From contig JACKDR010000001.1 in NCBI GenBank assembly GCA_020633495.1, positions 182,105 to 246,104 of the forward strand: a stretch of DNA of 64,000 bases, in the 5' to 3' direction. This DNA comes from Kofleriaceae bacterium. GTDB taxonomy: Bacteria > Myxococcota_A > Polyangia > Haliangiales > Haliangiaceae. The first letter of the stretch is position 1. Each line of letters opens with the position of its first letter. Under the pieces are notes generated by a model. It did no database searches and was not told the DNA's origin. It saw only the letters and a list, made by a program, of their open reading frames with translations. Position numbers and translations under genes: made by a program. Below, one piece after another: positions 10,068 to 21,017 of the stretch.

Positions 10068-10478
10068 ATGGCAGAAGCGCACTCGGTCGAGCTGCGGGCA
10101 CGTGCGGTCGCAGCGTACGAAGCCGGCGTTGGCAGCTACCCCCAGGTCGCCGCCCGGTTCGCGGTCGGCGAGGCATCGGTGAAGCGCTGGGTGCGCCTGC
10201 ATCGCCGCGCTGGCGTTCTCACGCCGTCGCCCAAGGCTGGCGGCGTGCCCTCTCGGATCTCGCTCGGCGATCTCGAAGCGGCCTTGGCGGTCATTCGTGA
10301 CGCGACGGCTGGCGAGATCACCGCCGAGTTCAACCGCACGCGCCCTCGCCGCGAACGGGTACACGTCTCGAGCATCAAGCGCGCGCTGCGCCGACACGGC
10401 TACGTTGTAAAAAAAAGCGCCGACGGCCGTTGGAGAGTCTACGGCCGGACGTCGTCGCAAAGCGTGCGGCCTACCTGA
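10068..10478 (+). CDS. IS630 transposase OrfA (HTH DNA-binding part)
   Basis: It is a helix-turn-helix N-terminal transposase segment. An A AAA AAA slippery heptamer at 10409-10415 lies in this frame. Confidence 0.85.
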   Translation: MAEAHSVELRARAVAAYEAGVGSYPQVAARFAVGEASVKRWVRLHRRAGVLTPSPKAGGVPSRISLGDLEAALAVIRDATAGEITAEFNRTRPRRERVHVSSIKRALRRHGYVVKKSADGRWRVYGRTSSQSVRPT

Positions 10479-11023
10479 GGAAGATCCGCCGCGTGCCGGT
10501 CAAGCGGCTCGTCTTCCTCGACGAGTCGGGCATGAATCTATCGATGAGTCGGAGCCACGCCTGGGTGAAGCGTGGAGAGGAGCTCATCGACCGAGTGCCG
10601 GTGAACTGGGGCACGAACCTCACCTTGCTCGGTGCGATCCGTCTCTCCGGGTGGGTGGTCCTGACCAGCATGTTTGCAACAGCGAACAAGGACCGCTTCG
10701 TGGCCTGGTTGAAGGCCAAGATGCTGCCGAAGCTCCGCCGCGGCGACGTCTTGGTTATGGACAACCTGCGTGCGCATCACGACCCACGTGTGGCGCTCGC
10801 CTGTGCAGCTCGCGGAGTTCGAGTCATCTACCTGCCCCCGTACTCGCCGGACTTCAACCCGATCGAATCAGGCTGGGCACTCCAGAAGCAGTACGTTCGT
10901 CGCGTGGCGCCGCGCCAGCCCGAAGCTCTTCGACGCGTCGCGCGACGCGCACGCCATCGCGTCACAGAACGGCATTGCCGGAACTGGTTCACTCACTGCG
11001 GCTACCCGGCTCAACCCAACTGA
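10430..11023 (+). CDS. IS630 transposase OrfB (DDE catalytic part), expressed by -1 frameshift fusion with OrfA
   Basis: The DDE triad context is present (FLDESG, VMDNLRAHH, YSPDFNPIE). It is in the -1 frame relative to OrfA downstream of the A8 tract. Confidence 0.85.
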   Translation: MESLRPDVVAKRAAYLRKIRRVPVKRLVFLDESGMNLSMSRSHAWVKRGEELIDRVPVNWGTNLTLLGAIRLSGWVVLTSMFATANKDRFVAWLKAKMLPKLRRGDVLVMDNLRAHHDPRVALACAARGVRVIYLPPYSPDFNPIESGWALQKQYVRRVAPRQPEALRRVARRARHRVTERHCRNWFTHCGYPAQPN

Positions 11024-11079
11024 TCTCTGGGGTTAGGCGCGGCTCGTCGGCGCCGAGGCCGCCGCGCCCGGGCGCTCGC

Positions 11080-11910
11080 TCAGTTGACGTTGACGCCGAC
11101 GCCGACGCTGCCGAACGTCGACGACGGGCTGGCCACCAGGTCGAGCCGCAGGTCGAGCACGAAGCTGCCGGCGCGGACCAGCGCGAGGCTGGCGGCGCCG
11201 TCGAGGCCGGGGCCCAGCGACGGATCCTCGAAGCCGGGGTCGAAGGCCAGCACCAGCGCCGGCCCGGCGCGCAGCGCGACCCGCGCGCTCGGCCACCACT
11301 GCGCGCCCATGCCCCAGGCGAAGCCCATCGCGCCGCCGGCGTCGTCGCTGCCGCTGACCATCGCCATCGTGCCGACCAGCCCCAGCCGGGGCCCGATCAT
11401 GCCGCCGAGGTAGAGCCCGCCCGACGGCAGCGGCGTGCCGGTGTCGTCGAGCCGGCCCATGCCGACGTGCAGGCCCAGGATCGCGCCCCACCGCAGGTTG
11501 AGGCCGCGCGGCGCGCCCCAGCGCAGCGACGGCCCGTCGACGCCGACGACGCGGCCACCGGCGTCGACGGCCGCGACCACCTCGGTCGTCGAGGTCCAGA
11601 CCTTGCCGGCCTGCCAGCTGGCCTGGGCATCGAAGCTGCCGGGCGCGAGCGTCAGCGACGCGCTCGCCGACGGCAGCTCGACGTGCTGGCGCGAGATCGA
11701 CCAGGTCAGCACGGCGCCGTCGCCCTGGGCGGCGACCGTCGCGGGCCGCCCCCACCGCGCCTCGAGCTCGGCGCGGCTGCGCCCCTGCCAGGCGCGGTTG
11801 ACGTCGCGGGTGGCGCGGGCGCCGTGGTAGCAGCCGGCGACGGCGACGGCGACGAGCACGAGCGGGCACGCGGACGCGAGCCGACGACGCGACGGATCCC
11901 CTGAGCGCAT
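11080..11910 (-). CDS. Lipoprotein, hypothetical (Gly/Ala/Trp-rich, possibly beta-rich)
   Basis: Only the C-terminal 277 aa of the 903-aa track ORF is protein-like. It has a lipoprotein signal (LVLVAVAVAGC), and the ATG is at 11910. Confidence 0.6.
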   Translation of the reverse strand: MRSGDPSRRRLASACPLVLVAVAVAGCYHGARATRDVNRAWQGRSRAELEARWGRPATVAAQGDGAVLTWSISRQHVELPSASASLTLAPGSFDAQASWQAGKVWTSTTEVVAAVDAGGRVVGVDGPSLRWGAPRGLNLRWGAILGLHVGMGRLDDTGTPLPSGGLYLGGMIGPRLGLVGTMAMVSGSDDAGGAMGFAWGMGAQWWPSARVALRAGPALVLAFDPGFEDPSLGPGLDGAASLALVRAGSFVLDLRLDLVASPSSTFGSVGVGVNVN

Positions 11911-12006
11911 CCGCCGATCGTACACCGGCGGCGCGTCGAGGCGCGGCGACGCGGGCGACGGGGACCGCACCGGCGCGCGCGGGGCCCGAGCTGGTAGGCT
12001 GCGCCG

Positions 12007-13104
12007 GTGCAGCCCGGCCACCACGTCGTCGTCTCCGCGCTCGCCGAGGATCCCGCCGCCGGGATCGCGGCGCTGACCGTCGCGCCCATGGCGGCGCCCG
12101 ATCCGGCGACGCTGGGCCCGCGCGACGTCGTCGTCGCGGTCAAGAGCGCGTCGGTCAACTGGGTCGACCTGCTGATGACCAGCGGCCAGTACCAGCACCA
12201 GCCGCCGCTGCCGTACACGCCGGGCCTCGAGTACGCCGGCGAGGTCGCGTGGCACGGTCCCGAGGTCACCGGGGTCGCGGTCGGTGATCGCGTCCTGGTC
12301 GACGGCCTGCTCGCCGGACCGCGCTCGCTCGGCGCCTACCAGCGGTGGGGCGGCTACGCCTCGTACGCGGTCGCCCCCGCCGAGGCCGTGCACCGGGTGC
12401 CCGGCGACCTGACCCTCGACCAGGCGTGCAACCTGCTCGGCAACTACGAGACCGCGTACCACGTGCTGATCGCGCGGGGCCGGCTGCAGCCGGGCGAGAC
12501 CGTGCTGATCCTCGGCGCCTCGGGCTCGACCGGGCTGGCCGCCGTCCACGTCGCGCGGCTGGTCGGCGCCACCGTGATCGCGGTCGGCCGCTCCGACGCC
12601 AAGCTCGCGGTGGTCGCGGCGCAGGGCGCCCACCACGTCGTCAACTGCCGCGGCGCCGACGGCGGCCTGCGACCGTTCCGCGACGAGGTCAAGGCGCTGA
12701 CCGGCGGCCGCGGCGTCGACGTCGTCTACGACGGCGTCGGCGGCGAGCTGTCCGATCACGCGATGCGGTGCACGCGGTTCGGCGCCCGCTTCCTGATCGC
12801 CGGCTGGGCCGGCACGCCGCTGGTCGCCGCCGGCAAGGGCGGCCGCGGCGCGCCCAACGTCAACCGGCTGCCGACCAACCTCATCATGATGAAGAGCCTC
12901 GACGTCCTGGGCTGCCCGGCGGCGATCTCGGTGGCGCAGGATCCGTCGATCCGGCCGCCGCGGTTCGCGCAGATCTGGCGGTGGGCCGAGGCCGGCGCGC
13001 TGCGGCCGTACGTCTCGCACACCTTCCCGCTGACCGAGGTCCAGGCGGCCCTGCGCGCCAAGTGGCAGGGCGAGATCATCGGCGGCTGCGTGCTGCACCC
13101 GTAG
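12007..13104 (+). CDS. Zinc-binding alcohol dehydrogenase / NADPH:quinone oxidoreductase (MDR superfamily)
   Basis: The MDR fold carries a GxGxxG-like nucleotide-binding motif (LILGASGSTGLAAV). Confidence 0.8.
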   Translation: MQPGHHVVVSALAEDPAAGIAALTVAPMAAPDPATLGPRDVVVAVKSASVNWVDLLMTSGQYQHQPPLPYTPGLEYAGEVAWHGPEVTGVAVGDRVLVDGLLAGPRSLGAYQRWGGYASYAVAPAEAVHRVPGDLTLDQACNLLGNYETAYHVLIARGRLQPGETVLILGASGSTGLAAVHVARLVGATVIAVGRSDAKLAVVAAQGAHHVVNCRGADGGLRPFRDEVKALTGGRGVDVVYDGVGGELSDHAMRCTRFGARFLIAGWAGTPLVAAGKGGRGAPNVNRLPTNLIMMKSLDVLGCPAAISVAQDPSIRPPRFAQIWRWAEAGALRPYVSHTFPLTEVQAALRAKWQGEIIGGCVLHP

Positions 13105-13121
13105 CCGCGGCCGCGACCGCG

Positions 13122-13436
13122 TCAGCCGCGTCGCCGCGCCAGCACGCCGAGCGCGGTCCCCGCGGCCAGCGCGCCGGCGACGAAGCCGATGACGATCGGC
13201 CCGCCGATCACGCCGTCGCGCCGCGCGAGCTGGTGGACCAGCGTGCGCGCCACGTACAGCGCCGTCGCGGCGCCGCCGACCGCCACCGCCGGCAGCAGCC
13301 AGGGACGGTCGGCGCGCTGCCGGTCGAGCCACGCCAGCGCCGGTCGCGGCGTGGGCTTGCCGAGCTCGCGCCACGCGGTCGCGAAGCCGGCGCCGCCCCA
13401 GAACACCGCCCCGATCGCCAGGATCACCGTGACCAT
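13122..13436 (-). CDS. Small membrane protein (2-3 TM helices), hypothetical
   Basis: Hydrophobic helices are present, the composition is not Arg-rich, and there is a weak RBS. Confidence 0.4.
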   Translation of the reverse strand: MVTVILAIGAVFWGGAGFATAWRELGKPTPRPALAWLDRQRADRPWLLPAVAVGGAATALYVARTLVHQLARRDGVIGGPIVIGFVAGALAAGTALGVLARRRG

Positions 13437-13537
13437 GGCTCGATCCTACCCAAACGGGGGGGCCGCGCCGCCGTGAACGCCCGTCCCTACCCGTCCGCGG
13501 GGTTGACGTCGGCACGCCGGATGCTTTCGGTAGAGGC

Positions 13538-13807
13538 ATGCGATTCACCGACGCCAACGTGTCCCCGACCCCCGCCCTCGGGCCCGCGGCCGGCGCCGAG
13601 GCGCCGGTCGAGCTCAGCCCCCGGGACCTGCTCGACCGCGCGGCTCGTGCGGCGGTCGACGCCGGCCTCGACCTCGACGTCTTCATGCAGCAGGCGTGGA
13701 ACGCCTTCGTCGAGGCCCAGCCCGGGCTGCGCGAGCACCTCGAGTACCTGCAGACCCTGGCCCGGCTCGAGGAGCTGCGCCAGCAGGGCAAGATCGGGCA
13801 GGCCTGA
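13538..13807 (+). CDS. Small hypothetical protein (89 aa)
   Basis: The composition is protein-like and there is a GAGG RBS 3-4 nt upstream of the ATG. No homology is recognised. Confidence 0.4.
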   Translation: MRFTDANVSPTPALGPAAGAEAPVELSPRDLLDRAARAAVDAGLDLDVFMQQAWNAFVEAQPGLREHLEYLQTLARLEELRQQGKIGQA

Positions 13808-13904
13808 GAGCCTGCTCGCGCTTCGACCCCGCACGCGCCGCGCTGGAGCGCGCCGCGGCGACGCGGCTGCGCTACGCTCGGCCGCCGTACCCCGAGGAGC
13901 TGCC

Positions 13905-14954
<1,050 letters not shown>

Positions 14955-15074
14955 CCGGGCGTCGCGCGCGCGGGGCAAGATGCCCCACGCGCGCGCGGGA
15001 GCGACGCGAGCCGGGCCGGTCGGCCCCACGGCGGCGGCGAATGGCGTAGGCTCGGAACCCGGGAGGCGTCTCGC

Positions 15075-16541
15075 ATGAGCAAGCTGTCGGAACCGAGCAT
15101 CTACGTGATCTTCGGCGGGACCGGGGATCTGTCACGGCGCAAGCTCCTGCCGGCGCTGGCACGCCTGGCCAAGAGCGGCCACCTCAACCCGCGCAGCCAC
15201 ATCATGGCGGTCGCGATCGAGCCGCTCGACGACGACGGCTTCCGCAAGCTCGCCCGCGAGGCGCTCGCCGCCGCCGGCGTCCCGCCCGAGGACGTCGTCC
15301 TGCTCGGCGGCGACGCGCTGCACTACCACGGCATCGGCAAGGGCGGCCCGGCCGACTTCCAGGCCCTGGCCAAGCGGCTCAAGGACCTCGAGCACACCCA
15401 CGATCTCCCCGGCAACCGCGCGTTCTACCTGGCGCTGCCGCCGCAGGTCTTCGTCTCGACGATCGACGGCCTCGGCGAGGCCGGCCTCAACAAGAGCGAG
15501 GGCTGGACCCGGGTCATCGTCGAGAAGCCGTTCGGCCACGACCTGGCGTCGGCGGTCGAGCTCAACCGGCAGATCCACCGCTGGTACGACGAGAAGCAGA
15601 TCTACCGGATCGATCACTACCTGGGGAAGGAGACGGTCCAGAACCTGATGGTGCTGCGGTTCGCCAACACGATCTTCGAGTCGGTGTGGAACCGCGATCG
15701 CGTCGAGGCCGTGCAGATCACCGTCGCCGAGGATCTCGGGGTCGGCACCCGCGCCGGCTACTACGACCGCTCGGGCGCGCTGCGCGACATGATCCAGAAC
15801 CACCTCACCCAGCTGTTCACGCTGGTGGCGATGGAGATCCCGTCGGCGTACGAGGCCGAGGCGATCCGCTACGAGAAGATCAAGGTGCTGCGCTCGACCC
15901 GCCCGGTCGATCCCGAGGCGGTCGTGCGCGGCCGCTACACCGCGGGGACGATCGACGGCAAGCCGGTGCCCGGCTACCTCGACGAGCCCGGCATCGCGGC
16001 GACGTCGAAGACCGAGACCTTCGTGGGCGTGCCGCTGTACGTCGACAACTGGCGGTGGTCGGGCGTGCCGTTCTACCTGCGCACCGGCAAGCGCATGGGC
16101 AAGCGGCTCAGCCAGATCGCGGTGCGGCTGCGGCCGACCCCGGCGGCGCTGTTCGACTCGCTGGGCCAGCAGAACGAGACCGCCGACGCGCTACTGATCC
16201 GGCTGCAGCCCGACGCCGGGTTCTCGCTGCACTTCGACGTCAAGGTGCCGGGCTCGCCGTTCCAGACCAGCCGGGTGCCGCTCGGCTTCCGCTACAGCGA
16301 GCGCTTCCCCGCGATCCCCGAGGCCTACGAGACCCTGCTGCTCGACGTCCTCGAGGGCGACCAGACCCTGTTCGTCCACGCCGACGAGGTCGAGCAGTCG
16401 TGGCGGCTGTACGCGCCGCTGCTCGAGACCTCGACGCCGCTCCACGGCTACCCGGCCGGGACCTGGGGGCCGCCCGAGGCCGATCACCTCGCGATCCCCG
16501 ACACCGACCTCTGGCAAGAGAGCTGGAGCAACGGCAAGTGA
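15075..16541 (+). CDS. zwf: Glucose-6-phosphate 1-dehydrogenase
   Basis: The G6PD signature RIDHYLGKE and an N-terminal NADP-binding motif are present. There is a GGGAGG RBS. Confidence 0.95.
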   Translation: MSKLSEPSIYVIFGGTGDLSRRKLLPALARLAKSGHLNPRSHIMAVAIEPLDDDGFRKLAREALAAAGVPPEDVVLLGGDALHYHGIGKGGPADFQALAKRLKDLEHTHDLPGNRAFYLALPPQVFVSTIDGLGEAGLNKSEGWTRVIVEKPFGHDLASAVELNRQIHRWYDEKQIYRIDHYLGKETVQNLMVLRFANTIFESVWNRDRVEAVQITVAEDLGVGTRAGYYDRSGALRDMIQNHLTQLFTLVAMEIPSAYEAEAIRYEKIKVLRSTRPVDPEAVVRGRYTAGTIDGKPVPGYLDEPGIAATSKTETFVGVPLYVDNWRWSGVPFYLRTGKRMGKRLSQIAVRLRPTPAALFDSLGQQNETADALLIRLQPDAGFSLHFDVKVPGSPFQTSRVPLGFRYSERFPAIPEAYETLLLDVLEGDQTLFVHADEVEQSWRLYAPLLETSTPLHGYPAGTWGPPEADHLAIPDTDLWQESWSNGK

Positions 16542-17272
16542 GCGCGGTCGCGGAGGTGTGCCGCCACCCCGACGCCGCGACCCTCGCCGCCGACGCCGCC
16601 GCCCGGGTCGAGGCCGCCCTGGCCGCGGCGGTCGCGGCGCGCGGCCGGGCGTCGATCGCGCTGGCCGGCGGCTCGACGCCGCGCGCGCTGTACGCACGGC
16701 TCGCCGCGGCGCGCGCCGGCGCCATCGCCTGGGACCGCGTCGACGTCTACTTCGGCGACGAGCGCGCGGTCCCGCCCGACGACGCCGCCAGCAACTTCCG
16801 CATGGCGCGCGAGACCCTGCTGCGCCACGTCCCGGTGCCGCGCGACCAGGTCCACCGCATCGAGGGCGAGCGCCCCGCCGACGACGCCGCGCGCCGCTAC
16901 GCCGAGATCGTCGCGGCGGCGCTGCCGCTCGACGTCGTCCTGCTCGGCATGGGCGACGACGGCCACACCGCGTCGCTGTTCCCGGCCACCGCCGACCTCG
17001 ATCCCGGGCCGCCGGTGATCGTCACGACCAGCCCGGTGGCGCCGGCGACGCGCATCTCGCTGGCGCTCGGCGCGATCAACCGGGCCCGCGCCGTCATCTT
17101 CCTGGTCGCCGGCGCCGGCAAGGCAGCGCGCCTCGCCGAGGTCTTCGCCCAGCGGCGCGCCGGCGCGCCGACGCTGCCGGCGGCGCGGGTCGCGCCGACC
17201 GACGGCACGCTGACCTGGCTCGTCGACGACGCGGCGGCGGCCCAGCTCGACGCGGAGGGCGCGCCGCGATGA
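16538..17272 (+). CDS. pgl: 6-phosphogluconolactonase
   Basis: The GDDGHTASLFP motif is present. The GTG start overlaps the zwf stop (GTGA). Confidence 0.85.
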   Translation: MSAVAEVCRHPDAATLAADAAARVEAALAAAVAARGRASIALAGGSTPRALYARLAAARAGAIAWDRVDVYFGDERAVPPDDAASNFRMARETLLRHVPVPRDQVHRIEGERPADDAARRYAEIVAAALPLDVVLLGMGDDGHTASLFPATADLDPGPPVIVTTSPVAPATRISLALGAINRARAVIFLVAGAGKAARLAEVFAQRRAGAPTLPAARVAPTDGTLTWLVDDAAAAQLDAEGAPR

Positions 17273-18336
17273 TCCTGCTGGCGGGCGACATCGGCGGCAC
17301 CAAGACCACCGTCGGCCTGTTCGACGGCGGCCGCCGCGATCCGGCCCGGGACGCCCCGGCGACGATCGTCCGGCGCACCTACCCCAGCCAGGACTTCGAC
17401 GGCCTGTCGCCGCTCCTGCGGCGGTTCCTCGACGAGGTCCGCGGCGACGGCGCGATCGCCGCCGACGCCACGATCGCGACCGCGTGCTTCGGCGTCGCCG
17501 GCCCCGCGATCGAGAACCGGGTCGAGACCCCCAACCTGCCGTGGGTCGTCGACGGCCGCGCCCTCGCCGGCGAGCTCGCGGTCCCCTACGTCGAGCTGAT
17601 CAACGATCTGGTCGCCACCGCCGAGGGCATCGACGCCCTGACCGGCGACGAGCTGCGGACGCTCAACCCGGGCCAGCCGCAGCCCGGGCCGCGCCGCGCC
17701 CGCGCCCTGGTCGCCGCCGGCACCGGCCTGGGCCTGGCGCTGCTGATGCCGGGCCCGCAGGGCTGGACGGTGTTCCCGTCCGAGGGCGGCCACGCCGACT
17801 ACGCGCCCGGCGACGACGACGAGATCGCGCTGCTGCGGTTCCTGCGCGCGCGCTACCCCGGCCACGTCAGCGCCGAGCGCGTCGCCTCCGGCATGGCGAT
17901 CCCGTCGCTGTACGAGTTCGCGTGCGCCCACCACCCCGAGTGGCCCCAGCCCGACGACGTCCGCGCCGCCCTCGCCGCCGATCGCGATCGCGCGACCCCG
18001 CTGATCACCCGCCACGCGATCGACGAGTCGTGCCGGCTGTCGGCGCTGGCGATGCGGCTGTTCGTGCGCAGCTACGGCGCGGTCGCCGGCAACCTGGCGC
18101 TGACCGCGTTCGCCACCGGCGGCGTCTTCGTCGGCGGCGGCGTCGCGCCCAAGATCCTGCCGCTGCTCGAGCGCGGCGCCTTCCTCGACGGCTTCGCCCG
18201 CAAGGGCCGCTTCGAGGCCTTCCTGCGCGACATCCCGGTCGCCGTCATCCTCAACGGCGACGCCGCGCTGCTCGGCGCCTCCCGCCGGGTCTGGACCGAC
18301 CCGCCGCTGGCGGCGCGAGGAGGCGCCGCGTCGTGA
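17269..18336 (+). CDS. glk: Glucokinase
   Basis: A glucokinase N-terminus is present ([15 protein letters not shown]). The ATG overlaps the pgl stop (ATGA). Confidence 0.85.
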   Translation: MILLAGDIGGTKTTVGLFDGGRRDPARDAPATIVRRTYPSQDFDGLSPLLRRFLDEVRGDGAIAADATIATACFGVAGPAIENRVETPNLPWVVDGRALAGELAVPYVELINDLVATAEGIDALTGDELRTLNPGQPQPGPRRARALVAAGTGLGLALLMPGPQGWTVFPSEGGHADYAPGDDDEIALLRFLRARYPGHVSAERVASGMAIPSLYEFACAHHPEWPQPDDVRAALAADRDRATPLITRHAIDESCRLSALAMRLFVRSYGAVAGNLALTAFATGGVFVGGGVAPKILPLLERGAFLDGFARKGRFEAFLRDIPVAVILNGDAALLGASRRVWTDPPLAARGGAAS

Positions 18337-18355
18337 CCCCCCGAAAGGACCCCGC

Positions 18356-20011
18356 ATGTCGACCCTGACCGAGAGCGCGGCGTGGCAGGCGCTGCGCGCC
18401 GAGCGCGACACCCTGCGCGCCACCAGCCTGCGCCAGCTGTTCGCCGACGACCCCGACCGCTTCGCCCGCTACACCCGCCGCCTCGGCGACCTCGTCGTCG
18501 ACTTCTCCAAGCACCTGATCACCGACCGCACGCTGCCGGCGCTGTTCGCGCTCGCCGACCAGGCCGGGCTGCGCGGCGCGATCGACGCGATGTTCCGCGG
18601 CGACCACGTCAACGTCACCGAGGATCGCGCGGTGCTGCACACCGCGCTGCGCCACCAGGGCCCCGACCCGGTGATGGTCGACGGCGAGGACGTCATGCCC
18701 GGCGTCCGCGCGGTGCGCGCCAAGATGCGCGCGTTCACCGACGCGCTGCACGGCGGCACCTGGCGCGGCCACACGGGCGAGCAGATCACCGACGTCGTCA
18801 ACATCGGCATCGGCGGCTCCGACCTCGGCCCGGTGATGGTGACCGAGGCGCTGCGGCCGTACTGGGTCGAGGGCATGAAGGTCCACTTCGTGTCCAACGT
18901 CGACGCCACCCACCTGGTCGAGACCCTGCGCGACCTGCGCCCGGCGACGACGCTGTTCATCGTGGCGTCGAAGACCTTCACCACCCAGGAGACCCTGACC
19001 AACGCGCGGTCGGCGCGGGCCTGGCTGGTCGGCGGCCTGCACGGCGACGACGCCGCGGTCGCCAAGCACTTCGTCGCGCTGTCGACCAACGCCGCCGAGG
19101 TCACCAGGTTCGGCATCGACCCCGCCAACATGTTCGAGTTCTGGGACTGGGTCGGCGGCCGCTACTCGCTGTGGTCGGCGATCGGCCTGTCGATCGCCGC
19201 GGTCGTCGGCATGGACCGGTTCGAGGAGCTGCTGGCCGGCGCCGCCGAGGCCGACCAGCACTTCCGCACCGCCCCGTGGCCCGACAACATCCCGGTGCTG
19301 ATGGGCCTGCTCGGGGTCTGGTACGCCAACTTCTTCGGCGCCGAGACCCACGCGATCCTGCCCTACGACCAGTACCTGCACCGGTTCCCGGCGTACTTCC
19401 AGCAGGGCGACATGGAGTCCAACGGCAAGCGCGTCGATCGCGACGGCCGGCCGATCACCGACTACACCACCGGCCCGGTGATCTGGGGCGAGCCCGGCAC
19501 CAACGGCCAGCACGCCTTCTACCAGCTCATCCACCAGGGCACCCGGCTGATCCCCGCCGACTTCATCGCCGCGGCCCGACCCCAGCACCCGATGGGCGAC
19601 CACCACCCGATCCTGCTCGCCAACTTCTTCGCCCAGACCGAGGCCCTGATGAAGGGCAAGACCCTCGACGAGGCCCGCGCCGAGCTGGTCGCCGCCGGCG
19701 TCCCGGCCGAGCGCCTCGAGCGCCTGGCCCCGCACAAGGTCTTCCCCGGCGACCGCCCGACCAGCTCGTTCCTGATGACCAAGCTGACCCCGTTCGCGCT
19801 GGGCCGGCTGATCGCGCTCTACGAGCACAAGATCTTCGTCCAGGGCACGATCTGGCACATCAACAGCTTCGACCAGTGGGGCGTCGAGCTCGGCAAGCAG
19901 CTCGCCAAGAAGATCCAGCCCGAGCTCGCCGGCCCGGGCGCGGTCACCACCCACGACAGCTCCACCAACGGCCTGATCGCCGAGTACAAGCGCATGCGCG
20001 AGGAGACGTAA
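18356..20011 (+). CDS. pgi: Glucose-6-phosphate isomerase
   Basis: The PGI family is recognisable along the full length, and there is an AAAGGA RBS. Confidence 0.95.
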   Translation: MSTLTESAAWQALRAERDTLRATSLRQLFADDPDRFARYTRRLGDLVVDFSKHLITDRTLPALFALADQAGLRGAIDAMFRGDHVNVTEDRAVLHTALRHQGPDPVMVDGEDVMPGVRAVRAKMRAFTDALHGGTWRGHTGEQITDVVNIGIGGSDLGPVMVTEALRPYWVEGMKVHFVSNVDATHLVETLRDLRPATTLFIVASKTFTTQETLTNARSARAWLVGGLHGDDAAVAKHFVALSTNAAEVTRFGIDPANMFEFWDWVGGRYSLWSAIGLSIAAVVGMDRFEELLAGAAEADQHFRTAPWPDNIPVLMGLLGVWYANFFGAETHAILPYDQYLHRFPAYFQQGDMESNGKRVDRDGRPITDYTTGPVIWGEPGTNGQHAFYQLIHQGTRLIPADFIAAARPQHPMGDHHPILLANFFAQTEALMKGKTLDEARAELVAAGVPAERLERLAPHKVFPGDRPTSSFLMTKLTPFALGRLIALYEHKIFVQGTIWHINSFDQWGVELGKQLAKKIQPELAGPGAVTTHDSSTNGLIAEYKRMREET

Positions 20012-20014
20012 GCC

Positions 20015-20995
20015 ATGACCACCCTGTCCCAGCAGCTCCGCCAGATGACGATCGTCGTCGCCGACACCGGCGACATCGAGGCCATCGAGCAGTACAAGCC
20101 GCGCGACGCCACGACCAACCCGTCGCTGATCACCGCCGCCGCGCAGATGCCGCAGTACGCCGAGCTGATCGACGACGCCCTGCGGTTCGCGCGCAAGGAG
20201 CGTGGCGCCGCCGCCAGCAACGCCGCGGTGGTCGCGCTGGCGATCGACCGCCTCGCGATCGAGTTCGGCCTGCGGATCCAGCGGATCATCGAGGGTCGGG
20301 TCTCGACCGAGGTCGACGCCCGGCTGTCCTACGACACCGACAAGACGATCGCCAAGGCCCGCGAGCTGATCGCGATGTACGAGGCCGCGGGCTCGACCCG
20401 CGAGCGCGTGCTGATCAAGATCGCGTCGACCTGGGAGGGCATCCGCGCCGCCGAGCTGCTCGAGCGCGAGGGCATCCACTGCAACCTCACGCTGCTGTTC
20501 GGCCTGCACCAGGCGGTCGCGTGCGCCGAGGCCAAGGTCACGCTGATCTCGCCGTTCGTCGGGCGGATCCTCGACTGGTACCTCAAGGACACCGGGCGGA
20601 CCAGCTACCCCGCCGCCGAGGATCCCGGCGTCGCGTCGGTCACCGAGATCTACGCCTACTACAAGCGGCACGGACACCCGACCGAGATCATGGGCGCCAG
20701 CTTCCGCAACCTCGGCCAGATCACCGAGCTCGCCGGCTGCGACCTGCTGACGATCGCGCCCAAGTTCCTCAAGGTGCTGGAGGAGACCGAGGGCGAGCTG
20801 CCGCGCAAGCTCGACCCCAAGACCGCCAGCGAGCAGGGCGTCGACCGCATCACGATGGACCGGGCGACGTTCGACAAGATGCACGCCGCCGACCGGATGG
20901 CCACCGACAAGCTCGCCGACGGCATCACCGGGTTCTCGAAGTCCCTCGAGGCGCTCGAGGTCATGCTCGAGCAGCGCCTGGGCGAGCTGAGCTGA
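20015..20995 (+). CDS. tal: Transaldolase
   Basis: A transaldolase B-type N-terminus is present ([27 protein letters not shown]). Confidence 0.95.
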   Translation: MTTLSQQLRQMTIVVADTGDIEAIEQYKPRDATTNPSLITAAAQMPQYAELIDDALRFARKERGAAASNAAVVALAIDRLAIEFGLRIQRIIEGRVSTEVDARLSYDTDKTIAKARELIAMYEAAGSTRERVLIKIASTWEGIRAAELLEREGIHCNLTLLFGLHQAVACAEAKVTLISPFVGRILDWYLKDTGRTSYPAAEDPGVASVTEIYAYYKRHGHPTEIMGASFRNLGQITELAGCDLLTIAPKFLKVLEETEGELPRKLDPKTASEQGVDRITMDRATFDKMHAADRMATDKLADGITGFSKSLEALEVMLEQRLGELS

Positions 20996-21017
20996 CGGGC
21001 CCCACAAGGAGCAAACG

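Larger units (their letters stand above)
10001..11033 (+). mobile_element. IS630-family insertion sequence (~1.03 kb)
   Basis: A TA target duplication is present at 9999-10000 and 11034-11035. The terminal inverted repeats are ACCCCAG at the left end and CTGGGGT at the right, with a further shared TTGGGTTGA block. Both transposase ORFs are present. Local GC is about 62-65% against ~72% in the flanks. Confidence 0.85.

Noticed and set aside
11911-13791. N-terminal 626 aa of the 903-aa ORF 11080..13791 (-), and the N-terminal 520 aa of the 869-aa ORF 12345..14954 (+)
   Set aside because: Only the C-terminal parts (the lipoprotein from ATG 11910; pirin from ATG 13905) are protein-like and have RBS or signal support. 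The upstream extensions are antisense to the oxidoreductase gene or are Arg-rich.
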